The position numbers and the translations under genes were made by a program. This document shows positions 11,022 to 22,325 of a DNA stretch of 64,000 nt, piece by piece. The notes under the pieces were generated by a model. The model was not told the origin of the DNA, did not search any database, and saw nothing but the letters and a program-made list of their open reading frames with translations. The DNA comes from Amoebidium appalachense (Eukaryota; Protista; Ichthyosporea): assembly GCA_963693365.1 (NCBI GenBank), contig CAVNZM010000016.1, forward strand, positions 3,003,957-3,067,956, given 5' to 3'. Position 1 is the first letter of the stretch, and the number at the start of each line of letters is the position of its first letter.

Positions 11022-13916
11022 TGTGTGTGAGTGTGGGTGTGAGTGAGTGAGTGTGTGTGTGTGTGTGTGTGGGTGTGTGTGTTAGTGTGCATGTGTGTAT
11101 AGGCAATTTATGTTTGTGTGTGTAATGATGTGCGTATGCGTGTGTGTTGGTTCATGCCATGCATGGCTGCTGGGTAGTTGTTGCATGGTAGGTCAGTGGC
11201 AGTGTCCGGTCCAGCCAGCAGCAAGGGGCCACCCACCAGTGTGCAAGGGGCTCAGGGTCGAAAGGGAGGGGGTGTCGGGGCACACGGCTGACACATGACC
11301 CGGCCATGTAGAACACCTGCATACACACGTGAACACAACATCACATGCACGTCCACACCACACGACATACACAACCACACCCAATGTACACACGTGCACA
11401 ACACACACCACACATGTGAAAGTGCAATCACCCTCATGCAGCCATGTGTGTACACAAGCACTATCTCCCACACACACAAACACACAGACATCAAACAGTC
11501 ACACATACACGCAAGGTCAGCATACCCTCCCTGCCCCCCCCCCCCCCCCAAAAAAAAAAACCAAAAAAAAACAAGAGAGAGAGAGAGAGAGAGAAAGAAT
11601 GCCAAACAAAACTAAACAGCCCCCCCCCCCCCCCCCCCCCCCCTTTGCCCCCTTTCCCCCTCCTTCTAACCCCCCACCCGCGTACCTTTGTCTTTGGTGA
11701 CTCCAGCACCCAGTTGCAGCTGCCTAGGGCCAGACCCGAACTGACCCGAAGTCATTAAGTATCCAGACAACCCACCCCCCCAGGCCATTATGTGCACCTT
11801 GTAGCCGTGGCCCTGATCACACCAGCCAGCATCAGCACCTCGTTGTAGGACACCTGTGTGATGCGTGCCAGGCTGCTGCGTGCATCACTCAGCGTGTACA
11901 GCCCACTCACCACACCGTCCTCACCAGCCACACCTGCTACCCCCTGTCAGCAGCCCCCCCCCCCCCCCCCCCGCGCACGCACGCACCGTGCTGGGGCTGG
12001 GCCACACTGCCCCTCATAGCCAGCAGCAGCAGCTCATCCATCATCTGCCCTCCAAGCACCGCAGTGGGCACCGTGGCATAGACCTGTGACAGAAGCCGTG
12101 GGTATGAACCTCTGGCTGGGGGAGGGGGAGGTGGGAGGGGGAGGGGGGGGGGCTGAACACCCGACTGTTCTTGTTGCAAGCAGGGGTGTGTGCTGCGTGT
12201 CTGTTTGTGTGACTATGCCGAATACCCCTTTGTGTGTGTGCGCGCTGCTTGTCTAGTCCTACGTGTGTGGAAGGGTGGCCGTGTGTGCCTGTGCGTTGGA
12301 GTGTTGAGTGTCTGGCAATGTGCATGTGGCCGTGTGTGCTTGTGTGGATTGTTTGCAAACATTGTGTGGCAAGTAGGGCCTGGAGGCCAAGGGGGGAGGG
12401 AGCAGCAAGTGCTTCTGTGTGGGACCCGAGACTGCCGGTGTGTGTGTGTGCACGTGCATGCATGCGCTGTGTGTCTCCCTCGATCTGTCCACACGTGCAG
12501 GTCGACAGATGGCCTGCATGATTGCTGAGCTAAAATCATGCGCATGGACATGGACGCGTGGGTGCCCCTGTGTATGCAGGTGTGTGTTCTGGTTCCTCCA
12601 GGTGCGTATCTGTGTATCGCTGCGTGTGTGTGCATATGTTTTTACATTTGACTCTGTTTCTGTGCGGTTAAATATTTGTTTGTGTCTTTTCATGCACGTG
12701 TGGTGCTAGTGCACATGTGTGCCCCTATTGCTGTGGCTGCAGCTGCATACACGCACCTTGCCCCTGAACCTGCCATACTCTGTGACGTAGGGCAGGGCCA
12801 GCACGGCCTGCCAGTGGCTCAGCAGCACCACGTCCACCTCCCCAACGTCCACCCCGCACCCCTCCAGCCCCCGCACCCGCAGCTGCCCCCCAGCCCGTCA
12901 CTGGCCCGTGCCTGTGCCTGCCCACAGGCACCGTGCCTGCATGCTCAAGGCGAGGGGGGAGGGGGTGGGGGTTGGGGGCGAGGGGAGGGGGCACTCACAG
13001 GGGCCTGCTGCAGTGTGTGTGGGTGCAGGCTGTGGGCCTTGCCGCCCGACTTTGTCTGTGCCCCCGTCAGCACCCACAGGGCCTGCACGTGCCCCCACCC
13101 GACCCTGCCTCCCACAGCCCACCCAGACCAGTGCCCTCCGACCCAGCAGGGTGTGGCCAAGGCCTCACAGCGCTGGGCGTCGGATTGGAGAAAAAACCAA
13201 ACACTTCTTCTGCCACACCACACACAGGCGGGCGGGCGCACAGGAACACAATCACGTGTAATCACGCCCACACACACAGTTTCACAAGCAGAAAAGTACC
13301 TCCCTCCATACAAGCACCACCCAACCACACCCACATGCTAACATGCATACACAAGCCCACAGCCACGCAAACCTATGAACACACACACGTACAGACATGG
13401 AGGCCTACACATGTGCACGTGCACACCCCCACACACTGGCCTAGACACACACGTACGTGCAGCAGCAGGGGGGTGTCTGTGGTGTGTGCCGGAGGCTGGG
13501 GTGCTGTGTGCAGGAAGGGGCTCAGGTCCGCACACGGGTCCACGAGGATGCGCAGCCCACGGTGCTGCAGCAGCACACACGCCCCGGCAGGGCCCTGGCC
13601 CAGGTGCCACTGGACGGCGCCGTGTCAGTCGGGCGTGCCCGATGGCCCCACACCTGTGTGCTGTGTGCTTATGTGCCGTATGCCCGTGCGCCGTGTGCCT
13701 GCGCGCTATAAGCCTGTGTGCTGTGTGCCTGTGTGCCGTGTGCCTGTGTGCCGTGTGCCCGTCTGCCGTGTGCCTTTGTGCCTGTGTGCTTGTGTTCTGT
13801 GTGCTGTGTGCCTGTGTTCGGTGTGCTGTGTGCCTGTGTTCTGTGTGTGCCTGTGTGCTGTGTGCTTGGGAGCTGCATCGAGAGGGGGCCAGGGAAGCGA
13901 CACTCACCACCTTCAT
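8814..13916 (-). CDS. INTS9: Integrator complex subunit 9 (multi-exon)
   Basis: Spliced: MKV|WHLGQGPAGACVLLQHRGLRILVDP; VDVVLLSHWQAVLALPYVTE; VYATVPTAVLGGQMMDEL; SSGLALGSCNWVLES; GGSVLVPVHPVGTIYDLLE..ANVFAEW; PCVVFAGHPSLRCGDAVQLLQQW..LAPYQPM..CPLDPR; stop at 8814. Confidence 0.93.
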
Positions 13917-14442
13917 GGCAGCACCTGCCGCCTAGTCCTTTCTGCCTGCCTTCCCTTTCGTTCGCCCCAATACCCGCCCCTTGCCAATTCTTCCCCTCCT
14001 ACCCTCTGTGCCGCACAAAAACCAACTCCTTTGCTCTGGTCAGACTTGGTGTCACACCAACAGAATATGGGCGTAGAGAGTGTCAGCATCTTGGCCAGGC
14101 AGCAGCAGGCTGAGCCTCTTACATATGCCAACACGATTACGTAACCGGGGCATTTTGGCGCCAAACCTCGGGAGACATTCCGCCTGGGCCCAGGCCCAGA
14201 CAGCTGGCCCAGACTGCCCAGATATTCGAATTTCGCTCGGCCTGACGTCCATGACCGAGTTGCCAGCCACAGCTAGTGCAAACCAAGCCCTCCGCCACCG
14301 CTCAGGCTGCGTGGCTAGCCATAAGCATACTAGGGAGGTTTGCCGACAGAGTAGGAGGGAAGCAGTGCACGGGCGGCCCAGTTGTTTCTTTGTGCGGCAC
14401 AGCAGCAGCCTGCCCCCAGCAGCCGCTTGCAGCGACCTTGTC

Positions 14443-17400
14443 ATGGCCGGGCGTGGGTTTGGCTCGTTCCACACGCAGGACGTGCAGGTGCTTGTGACCC
14501 AGACGGACGACGAATATGCGCCCCCTCCCCTGCCCGTGCAGCCCCGTCACCTTCTGAACCCGCCAGCCTTTGGCAGCCAAACAAAGCAGGGTATGTTACC
14601 GCCACACACAGGCTCAGTCAAGCACCTCAGCATACACACAGGCTCAGTCAAGCACCTCAGCATACACACAGGCTCAGTCAAGCACCTCAGCATACACACA
14701 GGCTCAGTCAAGCAATTCAGCATACACACAGGCTCAGTCAAGCACCTCAGCATACACACAGGCTCAGTCAAGCACCTCAGCATACACACAGGCTCAGTCA
14801 AGCACCTCAGCATACACACAGGCTCAGTCAAGCACCTCAGCATACACACAGGCTCAGTCAAGCACCTCAGCATACACAGGCTCAGTCAAGCACCTCAGCA
14901 TACACACAGCTCATGCATAGACACAGGGAAAGCCCGTAGCAGCAAGCCTTGACACCTGACCGTAGCAAGGAATAGAAGAGCTATTTGCTATGTCTGCGTT
15001 GTGCAAACACCCAGGCACCCCCCCTGCGCCTGTTGCTTTTTGGCCCGGCACTGACCGGCCACAGAGCTCTTTCTGCTGGACCCCACGTGGACCTTTGTCA
15101 ACCACGGGGCCTTTGGCGCTGCCTGCCGCCCTGCCTTCGAGGTGGCCCAGGAGTGGCAGCGCTATCTGGTGGGTGGTGGTGGTGATGGTGGTGGTAGTGG
15201 TGGTGGGGGGGGGGTGGGGGGAGGAGGGGGAGGGGCAGGGGTGCTGAGGGTGTGCAGGAGGCGCAGCCGCTGCGGTTCATCGACCGTGTGCTGCTGCCGG
15301 CACTAGTCTACAGCACACGGTGTCTGGCAAAGGCCCTGGGTACGTGGGGGGACACCTGCACGGTCGTTTCTTTCCTTTTGCAGTTTCTGATTTTCTGTTG
15401 TGGGTGGGTGTGGCTGCAGGGGCACAGGCGCAAGACCTGGTGCTGGTGAACAATGCAAGCACAGGGCTGTGTGCGGTCTTCGACAGTCTGCAGCTGGCCA
15501 GCGGGGACGTGCTCTATGCACTGGACACGGCATATGGTGGGTGGGGGGGGTGTCTGAAAATATGTGCTTTGCTTGTAGGGTCTGTGCAGGTCAGTGAGTG
15601 AGGGTAACTTGGTGATCGGGGGCGCCTAGTAAAAAAAAGATCATTAGGAACGGTCGGTGAAGACTACTAGGTAATCGGGGTGCATGGTCTGTCCAGACTC
15701 GTAAGCGATGGAGGTCGCACGTTACAAAGTAAGGGTTCGGGATCTGCATAGATAACTAAGTATTTAAGGGTGTGGGATCTGTGCAGATCACTAAGTAGGT
15801 AAAGGTTCGGGATTTGTGCATTTTATTAAGGATGCGGGATCTGTACACATCAAAAAGTGACAAGGGTGCGGGTTCTGTACACATCACGAAGTGATTAATT
15901 AAGGGTGCGGGATCTGTGCACATCACGAAGTAATTAATTAAGGGTGCGGGATCTGTCAAGATGACTAAATGGTTGGAGATGCAAGGTCTATGAAATTGCC
16001 AAGTGCTTGTGCTCTGTGCAGCTCACTGAGTGGGTTTTTTCTGCAGGGTCAGTCAAGAAGATGGCACGGGAGTGCTGCCTGCGCACAGGGGCCACCTACC
16101 ACGAGCAGCACATAGACTTCCCCATCCACAGCCCGGACGAGGTGCGTGGCCACGTGCAGGCACGGTCAACTGCATGCACGTGTGTGCCTGCACAAGTGGC
16201 GGCACGGCACAGGGCACTGACGTGGGCTGCAGCTAGTGGGGCGCATAGAGAGGGGCATGCCTGCAGGCACGAGGGTGGCCGTGCTGGACCACATCACTAG
16301 CAACACGGGTGGGTCCAAGGTCCTGACTCCTGGCACGGTGCATGTGCGTTCCTCGGTCCTGTCACGGTGCATGTATGCTCCTCGTACCAGTCACAGTGCA
16401 ACAATATAGGCCCCTCGGTCCTGTCACGGTGTATGCATGTGGGTCCCTCGAACCAGTCACAGTTCATGTGGGTCCCTCGGTCCTGTCACGGTACATGTGG
16501 GTCCCCCGAACCAGTCACAGTTCATGTGGGTCCCTCGGTCCTGTCACGGTGCATGTGGGTCCCTCGTACCAGTAGCGGCACAAGAACACGGCCTGTAGGC
16601 TTGGTCTGCTCGGTCTTGGCCACTATCCAGATTCAACCCACCTAAAGCTAGCTCCTCCTCCCGGCTACGCCAGCCTAACCTCCCCCTCCCCCGGCACGCC
16701 CACAGCCATTCTTTACCCGCTGGAGCGACTTGTGGCACTATGCCGTGCCAGGTGGGTGACTGGGTGGATTTGCATGGTGGTGGGTGGGCGCTGACTCGGT
16801 GTGTGTGTGGGTGCTGACTGGGTGGATTTGCATGGTGGTGGGTGGGCGCTGACTCGGTGTGTGTGTGGGTGCTGACTGGGTGGATTTGCATGGTGGTGGG
16901 TGGACGCTGACTCGGTGTATGTGTGGGTGCTGACTGGGTGGATTTGCATGGTGGTGGGTGGGCGCTGACTCGGTGTGTGTGTGGGTGCTGACTGGGTGGA
17001 TTTGCATGGTGGTGTGTGGGCGCTGACATGATTGCAGAGGCATTGTAGTGGTGGTTGATGGGGCCCACGGGCCGGGCCAGACGGACCTGGACCTGACAGC
17101 CCTGCAGGCAGACTACTACGTGGGCAATGCACACAAGTGGCTGTGTGCCCCTAAGGTGCGGGGGGGGGGGGGGGGGGGGGGGGGGGATAAGACCTCACGA
17201 TGTGTGGGTGCAGGGGGTGGGGTTTGTGCACGTGCAGCCACAGCACCAGGCAGGACTGCATCCGGCCATCATCTCACATGGATGGGGACGGGGCCTGATC
17301 AGCGAGTTCATCTGGCAGGGTGGGTGGGTGCTAGGCATTGATTGGTCGCCAACCTGTACCTTCCACGAGAAGACACGAAGTTAACTTTTAAATCATCGAA

Positions 17401-18357
17401 TGACCTGACTTTAACATCCAATGGTTAGAAAACTTTACAAATTATAGTTCAATCTGATGAGGCCAGATTGAATTGATGAATCATCGATATGAAATCAAAT
17501 TACTCATTCATCTAGTGAAAAGAGCTTTGTATCAAAAAAAAAATCAAAAAAAAAAAAAAAAACTTTTAGGCTAATAACCCGCTCTGTTCAGTTTGCGTGT
17601 CGCTGACAAACAGTACCATTCGATAAATAAAAATAGCTTTCATATTACTATAGGTTCGAGGGGGTTTAAATCTGTGCAAAGGGTCTAAAATCACGAAAAT
17701 CAAAGTGTACATTCACGTAATAGATACATCCCAGTGCACTGATTGGCTGGCATGCAGGCACCAGTGACTACAGTGCGCAGCTGGCCCTGCCCACAGCCCT
17801 CAACATGTGGCAGGCCCTGGGCTGGGACCGTGTGAGGGCATACAACCGCAGCCTGCTGGTAGAAGCAGGTAGAGCACTGCTGGGGGGGGTGTTTGATGGA
17901 TGGTGGTGCTGACTTGTAGTGCAGTGGGGCTGCTTGTTGCAGCCTGGGGCACCGACACCCTGGTGCCTTTGGAGATGACGGGCTGGATGGCCCTGGTCAG
18001 GGTGCCGCATAGGGGTGGGTGCCTGCTCGTGCGCCATGGGGGGGTAGGGCCACATCTGACGGGGCACACAGAGGTCCAGGGGGGGGCCTGGACCAGTGAG
18101 GACGGCAATGCGCTGCAGGACCAACTGTTTTTCGCCCACAGTGTAGAGGTGGGGGGGGGGGGGGGGAAGGGGGGGGGGGGGTGGTTGTGAGGGGAAGTGT
18201 GGTGTCGTGGGTGCTGACGGGCAGGCAGGCACCCATCAAGCACGTGCAGGGGCAGTTGTATGTGCGCATCTCTGCGCACATCTACAACACCCTCGACGAC
18301 TACAAAGCCCTAGCACTGGCCCTGCCCCGTGCCCTGCAGGCCCTCAGGCCTCACTGA
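14443..18357 (+). CDS. Class-V PLP aminotransferase-family lyase (Egt2 hercynylcysteine sulfoxide lyase / L-cysteine desulfhydrase-like), multi-exon
   Basis: Exons [18 protein letters not shown]; [10 protein letters not shown]; [10 protein letters not shown]; [10 protein letters not shown]; [27 protein letters not shown] (PLP lysine); HPAIISHG; [15 protein letters not shown]. Confidence 0.9.
14604..14909. repeat. 30-bp intronic minisatellite, ~10 copies
   Basis: CACACAGGCTCAGTCAAGCACCTCAGCATA in tandem within intron 1 of the lyase gene. Confidence 0.95.
15730..15960. repeat. Degenerate ~39-bp intronic tandem repeat
   Basis: AAGGGTGCGGGATCTGT(G/A)CA core repeated about 6 times. Confidence 0.75.
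16340..16572. repeat. Intronic minisatellite of alternating ~29-bp units
   Basis: CATGTGGGTCCCTCGGTCCTGTCACGGT alternates with CATGTGGGTCCCTCGAACCAGTCACAGT. Confidence 0.8.
16752..17030 (+). repeat. 58-bp intronic tandem repeat carrying GCTGAC branch-point motifs, ~5 copies
   Basis: TGACTGGGTGGATTTGCATGGTGGTGGGTGGGCGCTGACTCGGTGTG... has a 58-bp period and fills the intron. Confidence 0.9.
17355..17736 (-). mobile_element. Diverged, inverted copy of the 2128-2540 MITE in a lyase intron
   Basis: Starts TGTACCTTCCACGAGAAGACAC and is colinear with the reverse complement of 2140-2528 (e.g. TATAGGTTCGAGGGGGTTT vs TATAGGGTCGAGGGGGTTT). Confidence 0.8.
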
Positions 18358-18806
18358 ACACCCCCACACGCCCCAGCACCACCAGCGTGCATGCCGCAAC
18401 AAACGCAAGCTGAGACACCAGCGCCACCGTCACGGGCACGGCAAACACCTGCACACACACAGTCAGTAGGGCAAAGAGTAAACAACTCACACACACTGCA
18501 AAGCAAAGTAAACACCTGCACACAAGAGTCAGAAAGCAAAGTGTATACATGGGGAAGTCAGTAGAGCAAAGAGTAAACGGGCCAGTCAGTCAAGCACAGA
18601 GTAAACGCCTGCCCACACCGGGGCCATGAATAAAACACACAGTGCCCCCCCACATGCTGGGCAGGCACCCATTGCCTTTGGCCGCACCTTAGCACACAGG
18701 CGCATGTTGTAGGTGTACAGCAGGAAGGACTGCAGCTCTCTGGGCCCGGCATCGCGGTAGCCGTGCTTGACCATAGATGCCCTGTGCAATGATCAGCAAT
18801 GGCCCA

Positions 18807-18866
<60 letters not shown>

Positions 18867-21391
18867 CATGGGGGGGGATGCACGTACGTGGCCTTGAGGG
18901 ACCCGCATGTGGCCGTGAACTGGGCGGCCACCAGCAGACACGTGGCAGCCAGGGCCACATAGCAGGCAAGGTCCAGGCCCAGAGACACACGGTCCCACAT
19001 GCTGCGCCGCCCATCCAGCTGGGGGGGGGGGGGGTTAGAATGTGGAGCACGGTGAGAAGTACAACCACCCCATGAGAAGCACGGTGCAGGACAGGTAAAA
19101 GCATTTAAGTATGCAACATAAGTAGAGCCCATCCTCCGGGAAGGAAGGGGGGTGGGGAAGGGGGGGAAGGGTTGGCAAACAGGCGCGTGGTTGGTGCATG
19201 CAGGGGGGGGTACGGACCACATCGAAGAAGGTGTTGATGGTGTGCATGGTCAGCAGGAACAGCACCAAGGACAGCGCCACCCCCAGGCCCCTGTTCATCT
19301 CCCTCGTGTAGCGGCAGATCTGCGTCATCTCCTGCATGCCCCGTCAGTACGTGCATCCACCCAGCTAGATGTAGAGAGGCATGGCCCACCTGAATGACGG
19401 TGGGCAGGGCCAGGGTGCGGTGGATGATGCGGTGGCGCAGGCCGTCCACAAAAAGCATCAGCAGGCGGCAGTACATGCAGTACGTCACCCCCACCACCCC
19501 CAGCACGCTGCTGTACACCCCATCGCTGAACAGCTTGAGCAGCCCGGCTGCAAACTGCCCGTGAACTTAGCATGGCAGGTCACAAAGGCGGGGGGAGGGG
19601 GGGGGGGGTGGAGGGGGGGAGGGAGGGCACGTGCCTGCAAGGGGTTGAAAGTGCCGGGTAGGGCACTGCCTGCCAGCAGCTGGTTGACAAAAAGATCCTG
19701 CACAAGGTAGGACACTGCAGCACAGTCAGTGAAACATGCATGCACACAGTGAGCACAACCATGCATGCACACAGTGAGCACAACCATGCATGCACACAGT
19801 GAGCACAACCATGCATGCACACAGTCAACCATGCATGCACACAGTGAGCACAACCATGCATGCACACAGTCAACCATGCATGCACACAGAGAGCATGGGC
19901 ACGCACACAGCCTCAGGACGATCCAAGCCAAAGCCAGTGCCAGATAGCGCCTCAGTGTGCCGATCATTGCTGCAGCCCCCCTGTCCCCAACCACCGCCCG
20001 GCCCTGCATCGGTAGGGACTGCACCACCACGGTCTGGATCAACATCTGGAAGGGGGGGGGGGGGGTTAGCAGGTGGCTGGGGGAGAGGGGGGTGGTGTAG
20101 GTGTGTTGCACTACAAGGGGGAGAAGGGGGGGGGGGAGGGGGGGGGGACAGTCAGGCCCTGCAGATATCAGTATTGAAAAGCAGGGCAATGTGGTGGCAC
20201 ATGGCGGCAGGGGGGGGAGGGGGGGGGGGGGGGGGAAGGCAACCACCAGGAGGGACGGTGGGGGGAGGGGAGGGGAGGTTACGGGCGGAAGGGGGAGGTG
20301 AGGGGGGGGGGGGGGGGTGTTTGCAGTGCAGCACCCTAAGAGGGCAAAAGAGGAACACACCTCGATCTGGTCAAAGCCCGACTGGCGGATGCGGAAGTGG
20401 TATGCGGCATAAAAGAAGGCGGTCACGTGCACGGCATCAGGCACTAGCTGCCTCACTACCGTGCGGCACGGTGGGCCTGCCTCCCTGCGTGGCGGTGTCA
20501 GTGAATGGGGGTACTGGGTGCCCGTGTGTGTTGGTGCTTGTGTGTATGCCTGTGTGTGTGAGAATTAATATGCATACTAGTACATATGTGTACATGTCCA
20601 ATATGAATGTGTGCATGTGTCAGAGTGTCTTGTGTGTGTCTCTATATGTATGTGTGGTGTGAGTTGTCTACTTATGGGTCCTCGTGCCTGTGTGTATGCA
20701 GTGTGCTTGTGAGGTGCTGCATATTTATATATGAAATCGTGTGTGCTTTTGCGCATAACCGTGCTCCGTGTTTGGCTATATGTCTGTGTATGTGTGTGTG
20801 TGCTGTGCTGAGTGACTATGTGTCTGTGCATTTTTGCCTACATGCATGTGTGTATTTGCCAGTCCATGTGTGTACGTGTGCGTTTGCCTGTGAGCATATG
20901 TGTACGTGTGTGTTTGCCTGCATTCCTGTGTGTGTTGCGCGCGTGTTATGTGCTTGCTCTTGCTATGCCAGCCTGTTTGTGTCAGTGTGGTGCTGTGTAA
21001 CTGTGCCTGTGTGCTGTGTGCCTACCTAGCCAGCTGGTAGCACACACTGAGCTCTATGGCGTAGTTCAGCAGCAACATGAGAACCACAAACAGCGCATGG
21101 CCCACGTTTGCTGCCCCGTGCAGCCACCCCAGTGCCCGTGACCTACCCCCCAGCCAGGGGAAGGGGCTGCCAGGCCAGCAGGCACAGGAGCCACTGCATG
21201 GGCTGCGAGAAAGTGAGCAATCCTTCCTCCCCCCCCCCTCCCTCCCCCCCCCCCGGGGCACGAACCTTGACCACAAACTTGCGGCACCGTTGCAGTGCGG
21301 CCGTTGTCGGGTCACGCTCAGCACCCAGCCCTGTGCCCCAGTCAGTCCCACGCCACACAGGTGGGAGGGTGAGGGAGAGGGGGGGGGGGAA

Positions 21392-21436
<45 letters not shown>

Positions 21437-21564
21437 TTACATAGACCACAATCATGACGAACAACACAATGAACATTGCACAGCACCCATAGAGAGTGCA
21501 GCATAGCAGAACCCATCCTTAGGGGAGGTTCCGGGGAGAACGCGGACCGGGGGGGGGAGGGGAG

Positions 21565-21595
<31 letters not shown>

Positions 21596-22122
21596 TAGGG
21601 GGCACGTACCAAGGTCCTCTCTGGTCACGGTGATGTACTGCTGCTCGAGGTCCTGCACCCACCAGACTGTGAGGAGAAGGCAGGGAGAAAGAAAGGGGAG
21701 GGTGGGATGAAGAAGTGGTTGTTTGCGCACTAGTGCTGTCCGTGGCTGTCGCAGGGCTGCCCACAAGATGAGTGTTGGGAAAGAAAAGACAGGGCACAGC
21801 ATGCGGCACTGAGGTACGGGGGAAGGGAGGTGGTGGTTGTAGGTGTGGTGTTTGCTTGTGCATGACTGTGTTGGTTGTATTCGGAGGGTGCAGGCTACTT
21901 GGGTGAACGGCAGCCAACAGGCAAAGTATACACAAGGTGCGGTGTGCGGAGGCAGGCAGTCGGTGTGGTGTGGCTGTGTGTGCCTCGATGTGCACCCACA
22001 CAGAGCAAACACCCGTGTGCGTAGTGGTGTGTGAGTGCGCTATGCCCCCAGCGTCTGGGGTACAGGCACACCTCAGAGGCCGGGCCAATCAGGGCTGCGC
22101 GCTCATCCACAGACCGCTCCAT
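18344..22122 (-). CDS. Multi-pass membrane protein, gustatory-receptor-like 7TM ion-channel superfamily (GrlHz-like), multi-exon
   Basis: LQRCRKFVVKPMQWLLCLLAWQP near the N-terminus; ~7 hydrophobic segments; C-terminus ELQSFLLYTYNMRLCAK|VFAVPVTVALVSQLAFVAACTLVVLG resembles the split TM7 of GR/GRL proteins; one apparent +1 frameshift in a G-run at 21146-21151. Confidence 0.65.
19035..19140 (-). mobile_element. Copy of a short intronic dispersed element (family X)
   Basis: GAGGATGGGCTCTACTTATGTTGCATACT...GTACTT...CACATTCTAAC followed by poly-C. Confidence 0.7.
19735..19890. repeat. 21/25-bp intronic minisatellite
   Basis: CATGCACACAGT(GAGCA)CAACCATG repeated about 6 times. Confidence 0.85.
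21435..21525 (-). mobile_element. Diverged family X copy
   Basis: TAAGGATGGGTTCTGCTATGCTGCACTCT...CATTGTGTTGTT..., ending in poly-C. Confidence 0.55.
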
Positions 22123-22325
22123 GGTGCCTGGCCACCCACTAGTATGTCGGTCACAGTTGGGGCCTGAAGACGAGCACCGAACAGTTAACTATGTCCTGCA
22201 TGCATAACTGCCACGTGCGACTGTGGCCTCAGCCGCCGTATGCCCAAGTCTACTCTTTGGTATGAAAGGGCACGTGATTAGTCGTCTCAAAGGGAATGTT
22301 TAGTGCACCTTGAAAAATAAGAGCC

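Noticed and set aside
14604-14909. 30-bp repeat array as a CRISPR array, or as part of a 290-aa coding ORF
   Set aside because: No spacers, no cas genes, eukaryotic context; the array lies between a GT donor and a CAG acceptor.
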